Shown: positions 14,716 to 29,575, counted from the first letter of the stretch. The stretch: DNA of 64,000 nt from Polymyxa betae A26-41 (GCA_003693705.1 RBZT01000500.1:103725-167724), one strand, 5' to 3'. Numbers and translations are program-made. The notes: generated by a model from the sequence alone, not told the origin.

Positions 14716-15028
14716 GATTGAAACCAAAAAAAAATATATGTCAGCGGCCGTCATAGAGCCATGATCTATTTCAGGTACCCAATGCATGCTGTCAGCGATT
14801 TCCATGAAATCAGGTCCTGTATATAGAGCGTTCTGATGTAGATTGCGGTTGAGGAGGCGAGCTTGACATAAGAATTATACAGCTATATCTGTGTGCGGTT
14901 GGTTTATTGCAGATACCATACTGGACTGGAGTTGACAATATAAAACAAAAATTCAACAAAGTAAATAGTTGGAGCAAAATGATTTGTACGTAGAAAGCTA
15001 CAGCGGGATCTGGTCTGGCCACGACCAA

Positions 15029-15094
15029 GCTTGTTTCACTTACCTGAGCAAACGGCGCTGTGCTTGTTTCACTTACCTGAGCAAACGGCGCTGT
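15029..15094. repeat. Perfect 33-bp tandem duplication
   Basis: gcttgtttcacttacctgagcaaacggcgctgt twice, in the DNAI1/POLRMT divergent spacer. Confidence 0.95.
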
Positions 15095-15352
15095 CACTTC
15101 TTGCTACAGGAAGTTCATAGACGCTTCCAGATTCGGCCGAATGCCATCACAGTCACCTTGAAATGAAGTTTTGATTCCAGATCATTCTATCGACAGAGCG
15201 TTCTGTAAATGGGCATGGGCCTTGCAGGCTGGATGGAATGAGAGGAGCCACTTCGAACGTAACATTAACCCCAAATCGAGGTCCCGCAGATGTAACGTAA
15301 TTCCCCAAACCGTGACTCTAATGCGTGATCCCTCTGATCTGCCATCAGAGTC

Positions 15353-18300
15353 ATGAGGCGGCGCCTTCTCTCCAGCCTTGCTGCTGCTGCATCTGCATCC
15401 AAAGCTGCCAGCGTTTCGATTAATCGACATGTCGTTGCTAGTGTTCCGATAGCATTAGCGGAACACCTGCCTGTGTTTCGTCAAAAAAACTTTTCAAGTG
15501 ATGCAGTCGACCATCGAGCTGCTCTGGCCGTTCTAGTTCATGGTCTGTTTTATAGTAATTGGCGCCGAATGGGAAACGATGCCTTTCAAAAACATATTTC
15601 GTCTATATCTGGTATACTGGGGCTTGGTGCTCTAACAACGCGACTCTCTGTTGGACTTCCCACATCAGCAAGGGGCAGCACCAACGACGACGAAGTTCTT
15701 TTATTTTTCCAGAAAATCTTAACTCGAGTCAAGGAGCAGAACCTAGACATCAATGACGCCAACGCTGATGAAGTAATGAAAATCGTCGTCGATGTCATTT
15801 CTAACGACGATTCCCACGTACAGCCATTGGATTTACATTGAATTCGAGACGTTGATATGCTGCATTTAGATTTACAGCAAACTTCGAAATGTGACGGATC
15901 AGGCCTATGAACATTACTGTCAGGTCACTGGATTTAAAAACGTCGACCGAAATCTAGTCGAAGAGCAAGTACGACTGGAGACCATGGCTCGTGAACTATC
16001 GGCTTCTAAATACCGACGTTTAAAAGAAGAACTTGCTGTGTGTGGCAAACTTGGTATTCACTCGGATTTGTATGGTGACTTTTGGTACTTAATCTGTGTT
16101 TTAGCGAATCTGAAAGTCACCCAACGTATCCTTCTTGATTGGTATAATCCACTAGTAACTGCTATCGAGCAGGAACAGAGACAGATCGAACAAGGCGTCG
16201 ATGTAAGAGAGCTTCAAAAACCAGAGTGCAGCTCTTATCTGTTATTAGAAACACATCGATCGTCGCGGCTACGAAGTGGAAATGCTGCTGTTGCCGGCTG
16301 AGTTACTCGCAGTTGTAACATTACACGAGGTCCTCAATATGGCTGTCAAATGCCCGGAGGTTGTGTTCGTGAAAATCGCCCTCAGCGTTGGGCGGGCTGT
16401 TAAGCACGAATTTCAGCTTCACCAAGCTAGATTGAACAGCAGCGAATTGAAAAAGGTTTGATCTATGATGAAAGGATGGATGATCAAATAACTTTGTATA
16501 GCCGACTACCACTCGGCTGGCACTTGCACGAAATGAGCTGCTACGAAAGGATGCGTGGTCGACGTCGAGCTATATAAAATTAGGATCGCGTCTAGTTCAG
16601 CTTTTAACGGAGACAGCGCGTATGCCGAACCAGCCGGATCAGTACGCCTTCACACATTCAATCGCAATGGTGTCTGCTGTGAAGAAACGCGGCCTGCTTT
16701 GCATGAACCCCGACCTTTTGGCGCATATCAACATGTCCCATTTAAGGCAGGAATCCTTAGGAACGCAGTACATGCCGATGGTTATCCCACCCATGCCTTG
16801 GGTGACAAACGAATATGGAGGTTGGCTGGTTTCCTTTCTAAAGATTTTGCATTCAACATGAATTAGGGTATCTGTCAACTAGGTCGACAGTTATGCGCGT
16901 TCGAGGCTCTAAAGGTAATCACGCTCTATTTCAGCGCCTTATTCGCATTGTAATATGATCTAGATCAAGTCAAGTGTGTTCAGCTTGGCGACTTGAGTAA
17001 AATCTACGAGGCTCTAAATGTTCTCTCAAGTGTCCCATGGAGGGTTAATTCACGGGTGTTTTCCGTCTTGCAAACGGTTCGCTGATAATCGCACGATCCT
17101 CGTCATGCGGTGTTGATAGTTGAGATACAGTACTGGGACAACGGTGGCGGCGTGCCATCATTACCAACCCGACAGGATGCGGAATTTCCCGAGCTGGTTA
17201 AGGGCGATCGCCAGTCCCAGCGTAGATACAATGCTGTCGAGAAGTACAATCGTGAATTGCATTCACTGAGATGTGATTTGGAGCTGAAGCTGGAAGTAGC
17301 TCGGTAAGCTGCTAGTCTGTACTGCTTTCCAGTTTGTTAAGCGTTGTGTGCAAGTATGTTTCAGGATAACAACATGTACCTACCGCACAATATCGATTTC
17401 AGAGGAAGGGCGTATTCTATACCGCCACACCTACAACATATGGGCAATGACGCGTCTCGAGGTCTCCTGATGTTTGCTGAGAAGAAGCCTCTGGGTCTTA
17501 AAGGCTTGTTCTGGCTAAAAGTTCAAATTGCGAATCTTTTTGGTTGGTCGATTTTCATTGCAATGATTTTCTCTCAGAAGCAGTTTAGGCAATGACAAGC
17601 TGAGTTTAGAGGATCGTGCTAAATGGGCAGAATCTATTAGCGATAAAGTTCGTCCTCGATCGTTCTGGTTTCGTTCTATTACTGACAATGTCTTATTAGA
17701 TCAATCAAACAGTTAAGGATCCCGTTGGGTACAAATGGTGGTTGGAAGCAGATTCGCCATGGCAATTTCTGGCTTGTTGTTACGAATACGTCGACGCCAT
17801 GTCCTGTCCTGATGGACCTGAGGTGATAATAGCAAGTGTTGCTGTAGTGTCGTCTTACAAGCCTCACAGAATTACAAATGCGGCCTACCTATACACATGG
17901 ATGGCAGCTGCAACGGATTGCAACATTACGCCGCTATGGGTTTGGACGAACACGGGGGTCGCGCTGTAAATCTGTCTCCTAGTGACGACGGCTTGCCCGC
18001 TGATGTTTACATGCGCGTTTGTGATCTCGTTAACGAACTGGTTTGTCAAAAATTCCAACTCTCTACTCTTTGATAATAATTCTGGTCGCAAGATCAATTC
18101 AGACGCTGCGAGTGGTAATCCGCTGGCAAAGAATCTACAGGGCCGCGTGGGAAGGAAGATCGTCAAGCAAACTGTCATGACGTCTGTCTACGGGTGAGGT
18201 CAAAAGTCAGCTGTTTATCCACACTAATTCTGCGATCCAGTGTTACTTTCATCGGTGCTCGTGAACAGATTGAACGAAGGCTGAGAGAACTGGGTCAGCG

Positions 18301-19104
18301 GTTTGAAACAGTTTGGTCTCCCTTGCTTAATGTCTGTAGATGTATTTGAGAATATGGAGTCAGCGGATTTGTTCCAGCATAGCGCATATCTCGCAACTCT
18401 GACGTTAAAATCGTTGGGCAATATGTTCAGCAGTGCACAGAAGATCATGGATTGGATGGTGAAGTCGGCGAGAATCATCGCCAATTCGACATCTCAACCT
18501 GTATATGGCCGGCCATCGCATTGCTCGATTGCTGAAATTATTGGTAGGTGACGTGGATAACGCCTTTGGGTCTGCCGATCGTACAACCGTATCGACGTCC
18601 ACACAATTACATGGTCAAGACCGCCGTCCAAACCGTCGTGCTCGTCGATACGGAGTCGTTGCTCCCAGTCAGCGGCCAGAGGCAGTGCTCAGCATTCCCG
18701 CCCAATTACGTACATTCTCTGGATTCAACTCACATGATGATGACGGCCTCTGCTTGCCACAAACGCCAAATCACGTATGCTTGACATTTTCCATTGTGGC
18801 TTTATTATCAAGTCCTTTCCTCTTTTAACGTTCTAAATGGGCTCGCTGAAACTGATTTCGTGGTTTTTACGTTTTTCGTAGGTTTGCAGCTGTTCATGAC
18901 AGCTACTGGACACATCCTTGTTCGGTCGATGAAATGAATCGGATCCTGCGAGAGCAATTCGTCGAGCTCCATTCACAGCCTTTGCTGGAGACTCTCGCCG
19001 AATCTTTCAGGAATCGATTCCCGACGTGCGAATTCCCAAACCTACCTGGTCGTGGTACCCTTAATCTACAAGACGTTCTTAAATCACCATATTTCTTTAA
19101 TTAA
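15353..19104 (+). CDS. POLRMT: Mitochondrial single-subunit (T7-like) RNA polymerase, multi-exon
   Basis: Arg/Ala/Ser-rich presequence; [70 protein letters not shown], ends SPYFFN*. Confidence 0.97.
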
Positions 19105-19386
19105 CTAAATCTATTCCATATGCGAATAAGCTTGGACTCTCCATAAATCAGTAGGGCATCAACCAGTATCTCAAATCTTCGCACGTTGTTGAAATTCAGC
19201 ATCAATCCTGAAAAGTCCATGATCGGTCTGTGTGATAATTCGTTCAGAAAATAACCATACTATAGTACGGTAGTGCAGCTGGGATTGCGATTCTACCAAG
19301 ACAGAAGAAGGGTGTCATGAAGGCTGCGCCATGGGCGTTGTTTGCGCGCCATTTCCCATTTCATCCGAATCGGTGAGTCTTCTCCG

Positions 19387-22300
19387 ATGTCGGCGTCCAG
19401 GCCGCCACCCCATTCCCGGGCCATACAATCGGCCGCCCAGCGCGGCGCCTTCTCGTCGTCGAAATCGCATCGCGACCTGGTTCGATCGTTGCGGGCACTG
19501 TCTACGTCCCTCGTCGCTTCGGCCGGCGAGTCCATCCCGAGCGCCGCCATCGCTCGCGAGCTGGCTGTTGACCACATTTTGAAGACATCGCGTCCCGATA
19601 TACATTTGAACGCCTCATTATGCGTCGTGGAGCTGTTCAAGCTATCAGCACCGACGCCGCCCTGGCACGGGCAGACGCTGCGTGACGTCCTGCGTATGCT
19701 CGTCAAGCAGGTGGCGCTGATCGGTGACACCGAATCGGCGCAGGTCATGCTGGACCAGTTCCACATACTGGAATCGCTGGCCGTCGTCAAGATCCCGATC
19801 GTCCTGCTCAATGACGAAGGCGTCGTTGATGACGATGACGCCGAGGCCAACTTGGGTGTCCTGGTCGAGCTATTTCAGACGTCGATGCAGGTCGGTGTGA
19901 TCGGGGATGGTCGTACCCGCCCTCTCGCGAGAGAAACCTGCCAGTGACGCTTGTGCTGTGATGGTGTAGATCGCATCGCGAGGTCTTCCGCAACAGTTTG
20001 AGAACTGTATCCGTGATATGCTGTCATGTGTGCTGGAGGAGGCCGATCCGGTCCCGAAACCGCTCGTCATCGTTCTCTGTCAGACACTCGTCGATCGATC
20101 CACCGGTGATACGCGCCTGTTCCATCTCGCTTTTATCACACATTTCAGTTTTGCGATTTTGTTCGGTTTTGTTCCAGGAATGATTTCCAATAATTTTGTT
20201 GCCACCGCCGATCTCGTCGTAGACAGGCGCTTGTTGTATTTCGCAAATGTTCACATTACTCTGGTTTAGGGGCGCAACGAAGCTGCGATCTATCGAAGCG
20301 CGTCATTCGCGAGTGCAAAGTCGTCCTTGAACCGGCCATCGCCGAAATCATCGTAATGCGATCGTATTCACCGTGTAATCGATTTTGAAGGCGATATTCT
20401 GTGCATAGTCCGAAATCGCCACAAAAAACGGCACTGAGACCACCAAGCTGCTCGGCTCGCGGTCGCGCCAGACCGAACTCATCTACGAGCTGGCCATACT
20501 GGACCCGGGTCTGGTGCGCGGCTCCATGCACCACCTGCAGGATGCGCTCGAGTCTCCCGATGAAGACGTCCGTCTGCTGTTCGCCAAATTGTTCGGCCGG
20601 ATATTCTCCAGCCCGGATTGCCAGCAGGTGGCCAATGAGGTCGTCAATTCGTTGGTGTTGCGATAGCCCATTGCGCTGACCGTGTGTGATGATCGCAGTT
20701 CTCGCTGTTGCTGAACGCGTACATGAAACGGGCCACTGATATATCGGGACGAATTCGTGAGGAGATCGTGGCGCGATCGGGGCAGATTCTGGCCCAGGTA
20801 AACCCTAAACCCTAACTCTTCTTTAGACCCCGCGTGATGGGAGCTTCGTGTTAGGTCCCGGAAGTACGAGTCCAACTAACAGCGATTTTATCGGAGCGGG
20901 CTCTTGATCCATGCGATAAAGTCCGCTGTGTCCTTGTGCGTGCCGAAGTCCATAATGTCGAGACCCTCTTGCAGTAACGTGCCTGTGCTGGGCTTTATAG
21001 GTGCGATCCATCTGCGATTTGGCTCTAAACAGTCCGGAAGCCGTCGAATACTCATTGCTTGATGCCATTGGAGGTGAATCAACTGACGTTTCGGTTCTGG
21101 TTCTTGCCTATCGCTTCACTGAATAAGTTTTTTAATGTGGTGTTGGTCGTACTGCTCAATGACTGACTTCTTTTTTGTAGGGAGGCTTTTAGACAAGAAG
21201 GCATCGGTTCGCCAGGAGGCGATTCAGGGCCTTTCGTCGTTGTTTAAGGCGCACTGTAGCAGGTCAGTGATATGTATGGGGTGGTGGGGTGCCTCTCTTA
21301 CTCATTCTATACAGGTACTGGAGCGAGTCGAAACCCGTTCCTGCCAATCTCAAGAAATTCTCATGGATACCTAATAAGCTCATCTCGCTGTTTATGGTAT
21401 CGCTTCCAGACAAGAGGTAACGTATTATTCCAACTTCCGTCATCTTCGTCAATGATTCGACTGGTCCTTCCACATTCACATTTCATTAATTCCGATTCAT
21501 ACTGTGGATGGTTTTTCTATTCTTTCTCTTTGTTACCACATTGATGCCTTGTGCGCATGACAACCTGTCTCTGAGTTCATGTTACAGCCAATCTGTCGAT
21601 CATGCCATTGACTGGACAATCATTGATAAATCACTGGACGCGCGTGCTCGCACTCTGCTGTTGGTGGCCACATTCGCTACCTGTGACCAAATCCATCAGA
21701 AAGCCTTCATCAAGTAAATCCGATTCTTTTCCAAAAATATTTTTTATGATTTCTAGCTACTCTTAATTTGAAAATAGAGAGGGAGGTTTTTAATCTTTTC
21801 AAACCTCTTTCGTTTTCCTCAATTGGCGTTTCAAATTTGGTTATCTGTATGGCTGAATGTATCTGTCAGGCATTACGTTACCGATAAACGTCAGGCGGCG
21901 TCTCTGTTGGAAGACGCCCTCTTCTTGCGAGACCGTCTTCGCGCCGCTGACAGCGATGAGGAGACGGCCTCGAAACTGTCTCTGCAACGCGATCAGCGCC
22001 TGCAATCGCTGACCTCGTTCTTGCCCGCCTTTATCGATGTCAAATCGTTACAGGTTTGCACTGGCTGGAGACCGCAATCCCGGTTTTACTCTGACGTTAC
22101 ATAGCTGCTATTCGAGGAACGAGACGGGAACATCTTCAAGTGGCTACGCTTCTGTATCGATACTGCTCGCGATACCATCGAGGTCGATTTAGCTCTTTTT
22201 ATGGATTTGTTCTGTTTTTCACTTTATTTCTATAATGTAACGAGTATTTTCTTCAATTTTTGCTTCATATGACTTTTTTCACTGGGCGGCAGCATCTAAT

Positions 22301-25300
22301 TGTGTATGCAGGTGCGAGGTGCAATTACGGAACTGCACGGCGCCCTATCGACCTCGAAGAAAGTGCAAGCCGTGGCGGATGCCGTCGCAGCTGCAGTCTC
22401 TATGGTGACCCTGGGTCGAGATAACATCCCGCACTTGTTCGATATTACCGCCAATCATTGTCAGAAGAGAATCCCCCTCCAAACCCTCAATAATTTTAAC
22501 CCCATTCACAGCGAATCGGAAATTAACTGCCGACTCTATGACACTGTTGCTGGCTATTGCCGAGCAGGCGCCGCTTTGTTTCACCGGTCATCTGCAGCCG
22601 ATCGCGAACGCCGTCAAGTTCGACAAGAAGCCTTCCGAACTGTCGAATTTTGCTTTGCATGTCATAGCGCTCTGTTCGGCTGCAAAAGTATACTCGATTA
22701 CGGCTCTTTCTTTCGCTTGAGATCACTTTTTCCATTAATAATCAATTTTTCGGCTGTTCTTTTGGGGCGCAACAAACCTCTTTGCCCCTCGGAAGTTCGA
22801 GGTGGTTTCCGGAAATTATTCTGAATCGGGGCTGTTTTCCTTCAGATCTCTGGTAGCCCGAAGGCCTCCGTCCTGGAGCGATTCTGCCGTTCAGGTTCCG
22901 AGTCGCAATCAGTGTGGGCCGCCACCATACTCTGCAACACGACATCGGCGACGAAATCGTTGCGCAGCCTCCTGGATGCAGCAGGCGCTGAAATCGGCCA
23001 TACCAGCCCGGACGATATGGTCGCGCTGCTATCGGCCTGTGCCACGATCGCCCGCCTCCAGCCTCAACTGTTCCATGATCACGAACTGTCGACAACCATC
23101 ATTGATTTCACTCTGGAGAAGTTGCGGGATCTGAAATCGACCAATCTCGACTGCATCGGTATAATGACAGTTTTCTCGATTTCTTTTCTGGGGTTCATGT
23201 TTTGTTTGTCGCTGGTTTGACACTGACTCCTGTGCGTAGCTTTACGTCTTGTAACGGACTACGTCGTGGGCCTGGAGGAACGTGTCACCTCCCGCGATGC
23301 TACCGCTCAGACCGGTCCGTATCGTGAATCGGTCTTGACGATACTCTGGTCGCTGCTCTCAAACCCGACCAGGACTCCGGCCCCATTATTCATCGAATCG
23401 ATCAGCGCCGTCCTCAGCCTGATCGCCATTCCGCATATTGAGAGTGCGCCCAGCTTTGCCGTGCTGGTCCAAACACACTTAATGACATCGGTTGCAGGCT
23501 CGATGTGCCCGAATGAGTTCGCAATTCTCGCTGGTGTAATGCTACATTCCACTGACAATGCCGTTCGCACTGTTGTGGTCGACCAGCTCTGGAAGCGGCT
23601 TGTTGTGCTGCGGCTGCCGTTTCGATACGCGGTCGTGCTGGCCCTGGTCCCCGATTCCGGTCCGCATCCCCTGTCTTATCTCTCGTCGACGTTTGTTTGA
23701 CTTCAAGGTTCAGACCTTGGACGTCGCGCCAAGAAGCTGCTCGGCGTTCTGGTGAGTCGGCTGCGTCAGGCCTCTGCGATGGCGTCGAGGTCTGCATCCG
23801 GATCGAAGACGGTGACGCCGGCCCAGATGCCCGAATACGCGCTGGCCTATCTGCTGCACGCTTTGGCCGCACAGGACGATTTCGACTCGTGTAACGCCGC
23901 ACATCTGCGCTCACGTGTCAAATACATTGGCACATTTGTGGGTGAGTTTTGTATCGGGTCCTGCACGATCGTTCGGCTACTGATTGTCTGTTCATGTGCA
24001 GATGCCCTACTGGGCAGCCATCATCATAACTTCGCGTTCATCATCGCACTCATGACACAACTACGCAGTTGCATTCCTCTTTCCGGAACGGATCGGCCCC
24101 TCCCTCCTGAACGACTCTACGCTCTCGTCGATCTCACTATGATGCTCATTAAGCGGAAATACCAGGGACAGGTAACGTGTTCGCTACTTAATCGTTCAGC
24201 ACTGCTCCGTTGCTCACCGTATTACGTTACCGGTAGGAATGGTCCACGCTGGGTGAAGACCGAGTATTGAAGAAGATCCCGTTACCATCGGCCTGGTTCC
24301 GCATGTTACCCGGCCCGGTCGAAGGGTCGTACCTGCCCGCCGGGTTCGTCTTGAAGCTGGCGCCCACAGAACCCGCTCCAAGTCCGCACAAGACGCCGTC
24401 GAAAAAACAATCGACACCGAAACCCGAACGTCAGACCCCGGGTCGTAAACGCCGGAAATCAATTGAGCCGGGGTCGGCTTCACCGCGTACTGTTGCTCTG
24501 TAGCAGGTCTCCATTCGAGTGCTGAACTTGTTTTGTTCGCAGCGAAGGCGTCTCGACAGTTGCCACCACGGCGTGCGAAGAGATCGCTGCAGTCTATATC
24601 ATCATTACTTGATAGTGATGAGGACAGTGATGCCATTTGTCACGAATACGAACAAGCTCTTGTACGTCCTTTCGTTACGTTGTGTTTATGTTTTAGACAC
24701 TTAACTGCGAACTGTACTGTTCCGTATCGAACTGATGTTCCTATCCCTTAGTTCGATAAGACATCCTCTGCCAAGGCCAGTACGAAGCCGCACTCGCCGA
24801 TGGAAGTTGACAATGTCGATCACGTTGAGCACGAGGGTTCGCCGCGGTCCGCATCTGAGTCGTCTCCGTCTGATCCCGTACGCTTCTGTTTCGGTTTCAT
24901 TGCCCGGTTGATGACAGTATGCTTGACAGATGCTCATCGCAAGTCCGACATCTCCATCCCCATCTCTGGTCCGCCGTTAACGTTTTCTCTACCTATCACG
25001 TTTAGTTGCTAATCGATGTTTCGTTTAGAAACGTCCATCGGGGTCTCCGTCAGCCGAACAGGTTGCTGAGAAGCTATCAGTACGATCTCAGGAAGGTGTT
25101 ACGACCTTCGTCACTGACTTTGTTCTAGACTGGCTCGGATTCCGAGAGACCGGTGCCGGACGACCCAAAAACGTCGCCTACCAATCGTGATGTTAGCTCG
25201 GTGGTGGTGGACGAGGGCGCTGATTCCGTACATCCGAGCTCGCAAAATGCCGCATCCGGCAGCGTTGTGGTCATTGCAGATTTTTGGGCCAGTACGGAGG

Positions 25301-25560
25301 TTTCGCTGATGTGATGGCTGATAGGAATCATTAGACCTGATTGATATTATGATGAACGGTTCTGATGGCAGGGCAGATGAGAATACGGCCCCCGAGGTTG
25401 ATGCGGTCACCACGAACAAGGTGGAGACTCGACAGTCAGCGATGCGGGTAGGTGGTGCTGGTCCCTGGGCCCCTTCGCTCTGTCGCTGTTGCTGATCTGA
25501 CGACTGGTCCGTTTCTTGTAGAGCACCTTTCGAATGACACGATCCAGACGACGGACCTAG
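19387..25560 (+). CDS. PDS5: Sister chromatid cohesion protein PDS5 (HEAT repeats), multi-exon
   Basis: N-terminal HILK..DIHLNASLCVVELFKLSAPTPPW; RLLDKKASVRQEAI; WIPNKLI; MPEYALAYLLHALA; basic low-complexity tail. 3' exons approximate. Confidence 0.85.
20799..20815. repeat. Interstitial telomere-like repeat in a PDS5 intron
   Basis: taaaccctaaaccctaa at the intron donor. Confidence 0.7.
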
Positions 25561-25938
25561 TTGAAATCAGCACTCAGGAATATATATGGATGGCACTCTC
25601 ATATAATATCTGATCTGAGCAGCACACCCAATCCTGCTCCCATCTTCTCATGTATTAATTTATATCAATCGAATTAAATTACACCAACATATCTCTGGCA
25701 TTGTCATCGTTCCATTGGCCTGGTCATACAGGCATGCCGTGGTAATATACTACTTAATATCTCACTCTTCGTAACGTTTCATCTACTGTACTGGTGGTCA
25801 TCACGTTACACAATAGAAATGGTAACATGACGCGTTACAGTGGCGCGAATCTCGTTCAGTGGTGCGGGGACTCCGCTAGCAGTCGTTTGTGTTACCCCTC
25901 TCTGCTATTGTCGGGTCAAAACCATTAAGTAGTTCGCC

Positions 25939-27855
25939 ATGCTTGTACGACGCCTGGGCCAGCAGGTCACTGTCCGGTCCATATATAGTAATGCATTCCG
26001 CGACCAGCTACAGACCCAGATGGAGGAGATGAGAGCGGCGGGCACCTATAAATCCGAACGCGTCCTAACATCACCTCAGAGCGCGCATGTCACGGTCCAG
26101 GACGCCGCCAACGCCGACCGAACGAATCCGCCCGTCCTCAATTTCTGCGCCAATAACTATCTGGGCCTGTGCAACGACCCGGCCCTGGTTCAAGGTGCCA
26201 AACAGGCTCTCGATGAACGCGGGTTCGGCCTGTCTTCGGTCCGATTCATCTGTGGCACGCAGGTATTGCTGGGAAAGGGGCCAGTATGTCCTGATGGGGG
26301 GATCTGACCCCGGTATAGGATCTGCATAAGGAGCTCGAGGAGAAGATCAGTAGATTTCATGGTACTGAAGCTACGATATTGTATCCGTCATGTTTTGATG
26401 CCAATGCTGGTCTATTCGAGGTACTCTCTCTGTATGTGTTATATCATCGCTATCTATGGATAACATGTTGTATTAGGCATTACTCGGACCTGAAGACGCC
26501 ATCTTCAGTGATGCACTGAACCAGTACGATCCAAACCGTTTTTCCATGTCATAATTCGGCTTTCTGTTGATACCATGTTTTCTGCTCTGTCAATATGGAT
26601 CGTTATATCTCTATCATTGCTTGCTCTGTATGACCAACACCTAATGCTAACGTTTCACGACACAGTGCCAGCATCATCGATGGAATTCGGCTGTGTCGAG
26701 CACAACGTTACCGTTACACACACATGGCCATAGACGATCTCGAGCGGCAGCTGCAATCTGCCGCGGACACATCTCGTTTCCGCCTGATCGCCACCGATGG
26801 ATCATTCAGCATGGATGGTAACGTGGTCATACTGGGTCGTCGTCGTGCTCATCTCTGCGAACAGGTGATATCGCCCCATTGGCCGAGATCGTCGCCCTGG
26901 CCCGCCAGTATTCGTCGTTGGTGTTCGTGGATGATTGTCACGGGACGGGACTGCTGGGTGAGACTGGGCGCGGTTCCTTACAGGCTCAGGGCGTACAGGC
27001 CACCGACGTCGATGTCCTCAATTCAACGCTGGGAAAGGCGCTCGGAGGTAATTGCTTTACAGTGCTATTTTTGCCATTACGTTACTGGTTCCGATTAAGC
27101 GTTACCGCCTCCGCTTACCCATCTGTCTGCAGGGGCAACGGGCGGCTATTCCACCGGCCGTAAAGAGATCGTCGAATTGCTGCGGCAGAAATCGCGCCCG
27201 TATCTGTTCTCGAACGCTCTGGCGCCGGCCGTGGTCGGGGCCGGTACGGACGCTGATGACACGTCTCTCCAGATACGTTGCTGATTCGGTGTTCATATCG
27301 GTCAGGTATCGCAGTGTTCGATATGCTCATGAGATCATCGGATCTCGTACAAAAGCTCGCTGATAATACTCAACTTTTCCGAGCTCGTATGAAGGTCACA
27401 CCAACAAGATGGGTTTTTCCTCGATGGTTTACGTTTCCTCTATGGTTTACGTTTCCCCTATGGTTTTCGTTTCCTCTGGTTTACGTTTCCTCTGGTTTAC
27501 GTTTCCTGGATCGTTACTGGATATTAACTGATATGACAGAAAGCCGGGTTCGAGATCCTCGGTGATGATCATCATCCGATCGCTCCGGTCCTACTTCGTG
27601 ACGCCCGCCTCGCATCTCGTATCGCTGATGAACTCCTGAACCGCGGCATCTACGTGATCGGGTTCAGCTTCCCGGTCGTCCCGAAAGAGCAGGCCCGGTA
27701 CGACCCGCCATCCGTCTCCGTCTTCGAGCGCGCTTTACCCATTTTGTGACTACAGAATCCGTGTTCAGCTATCCGCCGCGCACTCCATCGACGACGTCAA
27801 CGCCGCCGTCGACGCCTTCATCGCTGTCGGCAAACAGTTCCAGGTCATCCAATAA
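25939..27855 (+). CDS. GCAT: 2-amino-3-ketobutyrate CoA ligase (glycine C-acetyltransferase), mitochondrial, multi-exon
   Basis: [77 protein letters not shown]. Confidence 0.97.
27424..27509. repeat. Intronic minisatellite, about 5 x 16-18 bp
   Basis: Unit TGGTTTACGTTTCCTC(TA) in a GCAT intron. Confidence 0.9.
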
Positions 27856-27952
27856 GCAGTAAACGATCCGCTGATAATAAAATCGATCCGATCGAACGCG
27901 ACCGTACTGGCCCACGCCACCCATCATAGACTGGACGACACTCCGGGCCGGG

Positions 27953-29575
27953 ATGCGCGTCTGGGTCTGTTGCGGGAGCGGCCGGACGGTGTCGATCGTG
28001 CCGGGCGGTGCTGGCCCACGGGCCACGGATTTCGGTGTCTCGAATGGGATCCTGGATATGTCCAACCTGGATCTGGATAAAGTCCCGGAACGGGTAGCGA
28101 CCGTCAGATCGCCGCGCGCCGTCGTAAGTTGCTTGCTGCTGCGACGAGATTCTGCACAGCCGTCGTTGCCTTCCCTTACTGGCATGTTTATTGGAGATTT
28201 TTGGCATTTTTTTTTGTTCTGTACCCGAGGAGGTTTGATGGTTGCAGTTTCCGATCGCTGTGTTGACGTAATATGACAGATGGTGCTTAAGCTGCAGGGT
28301 AACCGACTACAGTCACTGACACACATCAATCAGTTCAAATCATTACTACGTATCAATGTCTCATATAATGAACTGGCGGGATTCGCAGAGCTAATTGGCG
28401 ATCTGATCGAGTTCGTGCGTCTCACCGATCTGGTCGCTCATCATAATCGTATTGGAAGTATTGGACATGATATAGCCAGGCTTGTAAAACTCGAGGTTAT
28501 GGACTTCAGCTGGAACGCATTAACCGAGGTCGTACTGGCTCCCGAGGGGGGGGGGCAAATCTACATGGTCGATACTAACTCTAACACAGGTGGACGCGGC
28601 CGTCTCATCCTTGCATCAATTACGTATCCTGAATCTGTCTAATAACAAACTGGTATCAATATGCAGTTTGCAAGAGTTACCGAAACTCGAACAGCTCGAT
28701 CTGTCGTTCAATGTCAGTTTGGAGTTAGGGTTAGGGTTTAGGGCTCTAGGGTTTCTCATTCCCTGCTGCACAGAGCCTACGCTCGCTGCCTTTGGATTTT
28801 CTGCGCGGCTGTGGAGCCGTAACCCGCGTTGTGCTGGCCCATAACAACCTGGTCACGATCCCGGACGGGATCTGCGGCCTCGGGTCCGTACAGGCTCTCG
28901 ATCTGGGCTACAACGCGCTGGGAGGCGTCCCCGAACGGATCGGCGAAATGCGTCTGGTCCAGCTCGACCTGCAGCGCAACCGGATCGGTGCTGTACCGGC
29001 CCGCAAGATGATCCGCATGCAGACGCTGCGGGTTCTGAATATGAGCCATAATCTCATCTATCTGCCAGGCAATCTGCGTGCCGTCACGGACTCCGCCCCG
29101 ATCCTCGCATATCTCGTCGACCAGGATGAACAACATCGCCGAACAGGTACAGAACAGTAACAGTATGCGTGCTGACGACTGAATCGTTGTGTGGCAGCCA
29201 GCGGTTCGGTTATGTCACGTCGTCATTCGATAAGTGAGTTCCGTACGGATAATGTAGAGCAGTCCACGGTGTCCGAGGATGTCGCCGGAGATATGCCAGC
29301 AGATGATCATGATGATCGTGATGATGATGACGACGATGATCGCACATCGTCCTCACTATCGACCAAGTCCCAGCGGTTACAGCGTAATTTCTCCTTCGAA
29401 CAGAAGATCCGATTCGTGAAGGTCATCGCGTTCGTACTGCATTGCTGCCGTCACTGAATTGAATCGTCAGGGACGGGATCGGTCGGCGCACCTGCAGGCC
29501 GTACTGGAGCACGACGTGGTTGGGGTGATTCCAGGACCCCAGCAGCGTGGTTCAGGCTGGGAATCTCCTATTTGA
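27953..29575 (+). CDS. Leucine-rich repeat protein, multi-exon (ends approximate)
   Basis: Many LxxLxLxxN units (LKLQGNRL, LRILNLSNNKL, LDLGYNAL, LDLQRNRI, LNMSHNLI), followed by an acidic tail. Confidence 0.8.
28725..28754. repeat. Interstitial telomere-like repeat in an LRR-gene intron
   Basis: ttagggttagggtttagggctctagggttt. Confidence 0.75.

Noticed and set aside
15039-15079. U1 snRNA (ACTTACCTG 5' end)
   Set aside because: No U1 stem-loops or Sm site are recognisable downstream
15353-19104. T7-like RNA polymerase as a phage or viral insertion
   Set aside because: Many spliceosomal introns and a mitochondrial-type presequence identify it as the ordinary nuclear POLRMT
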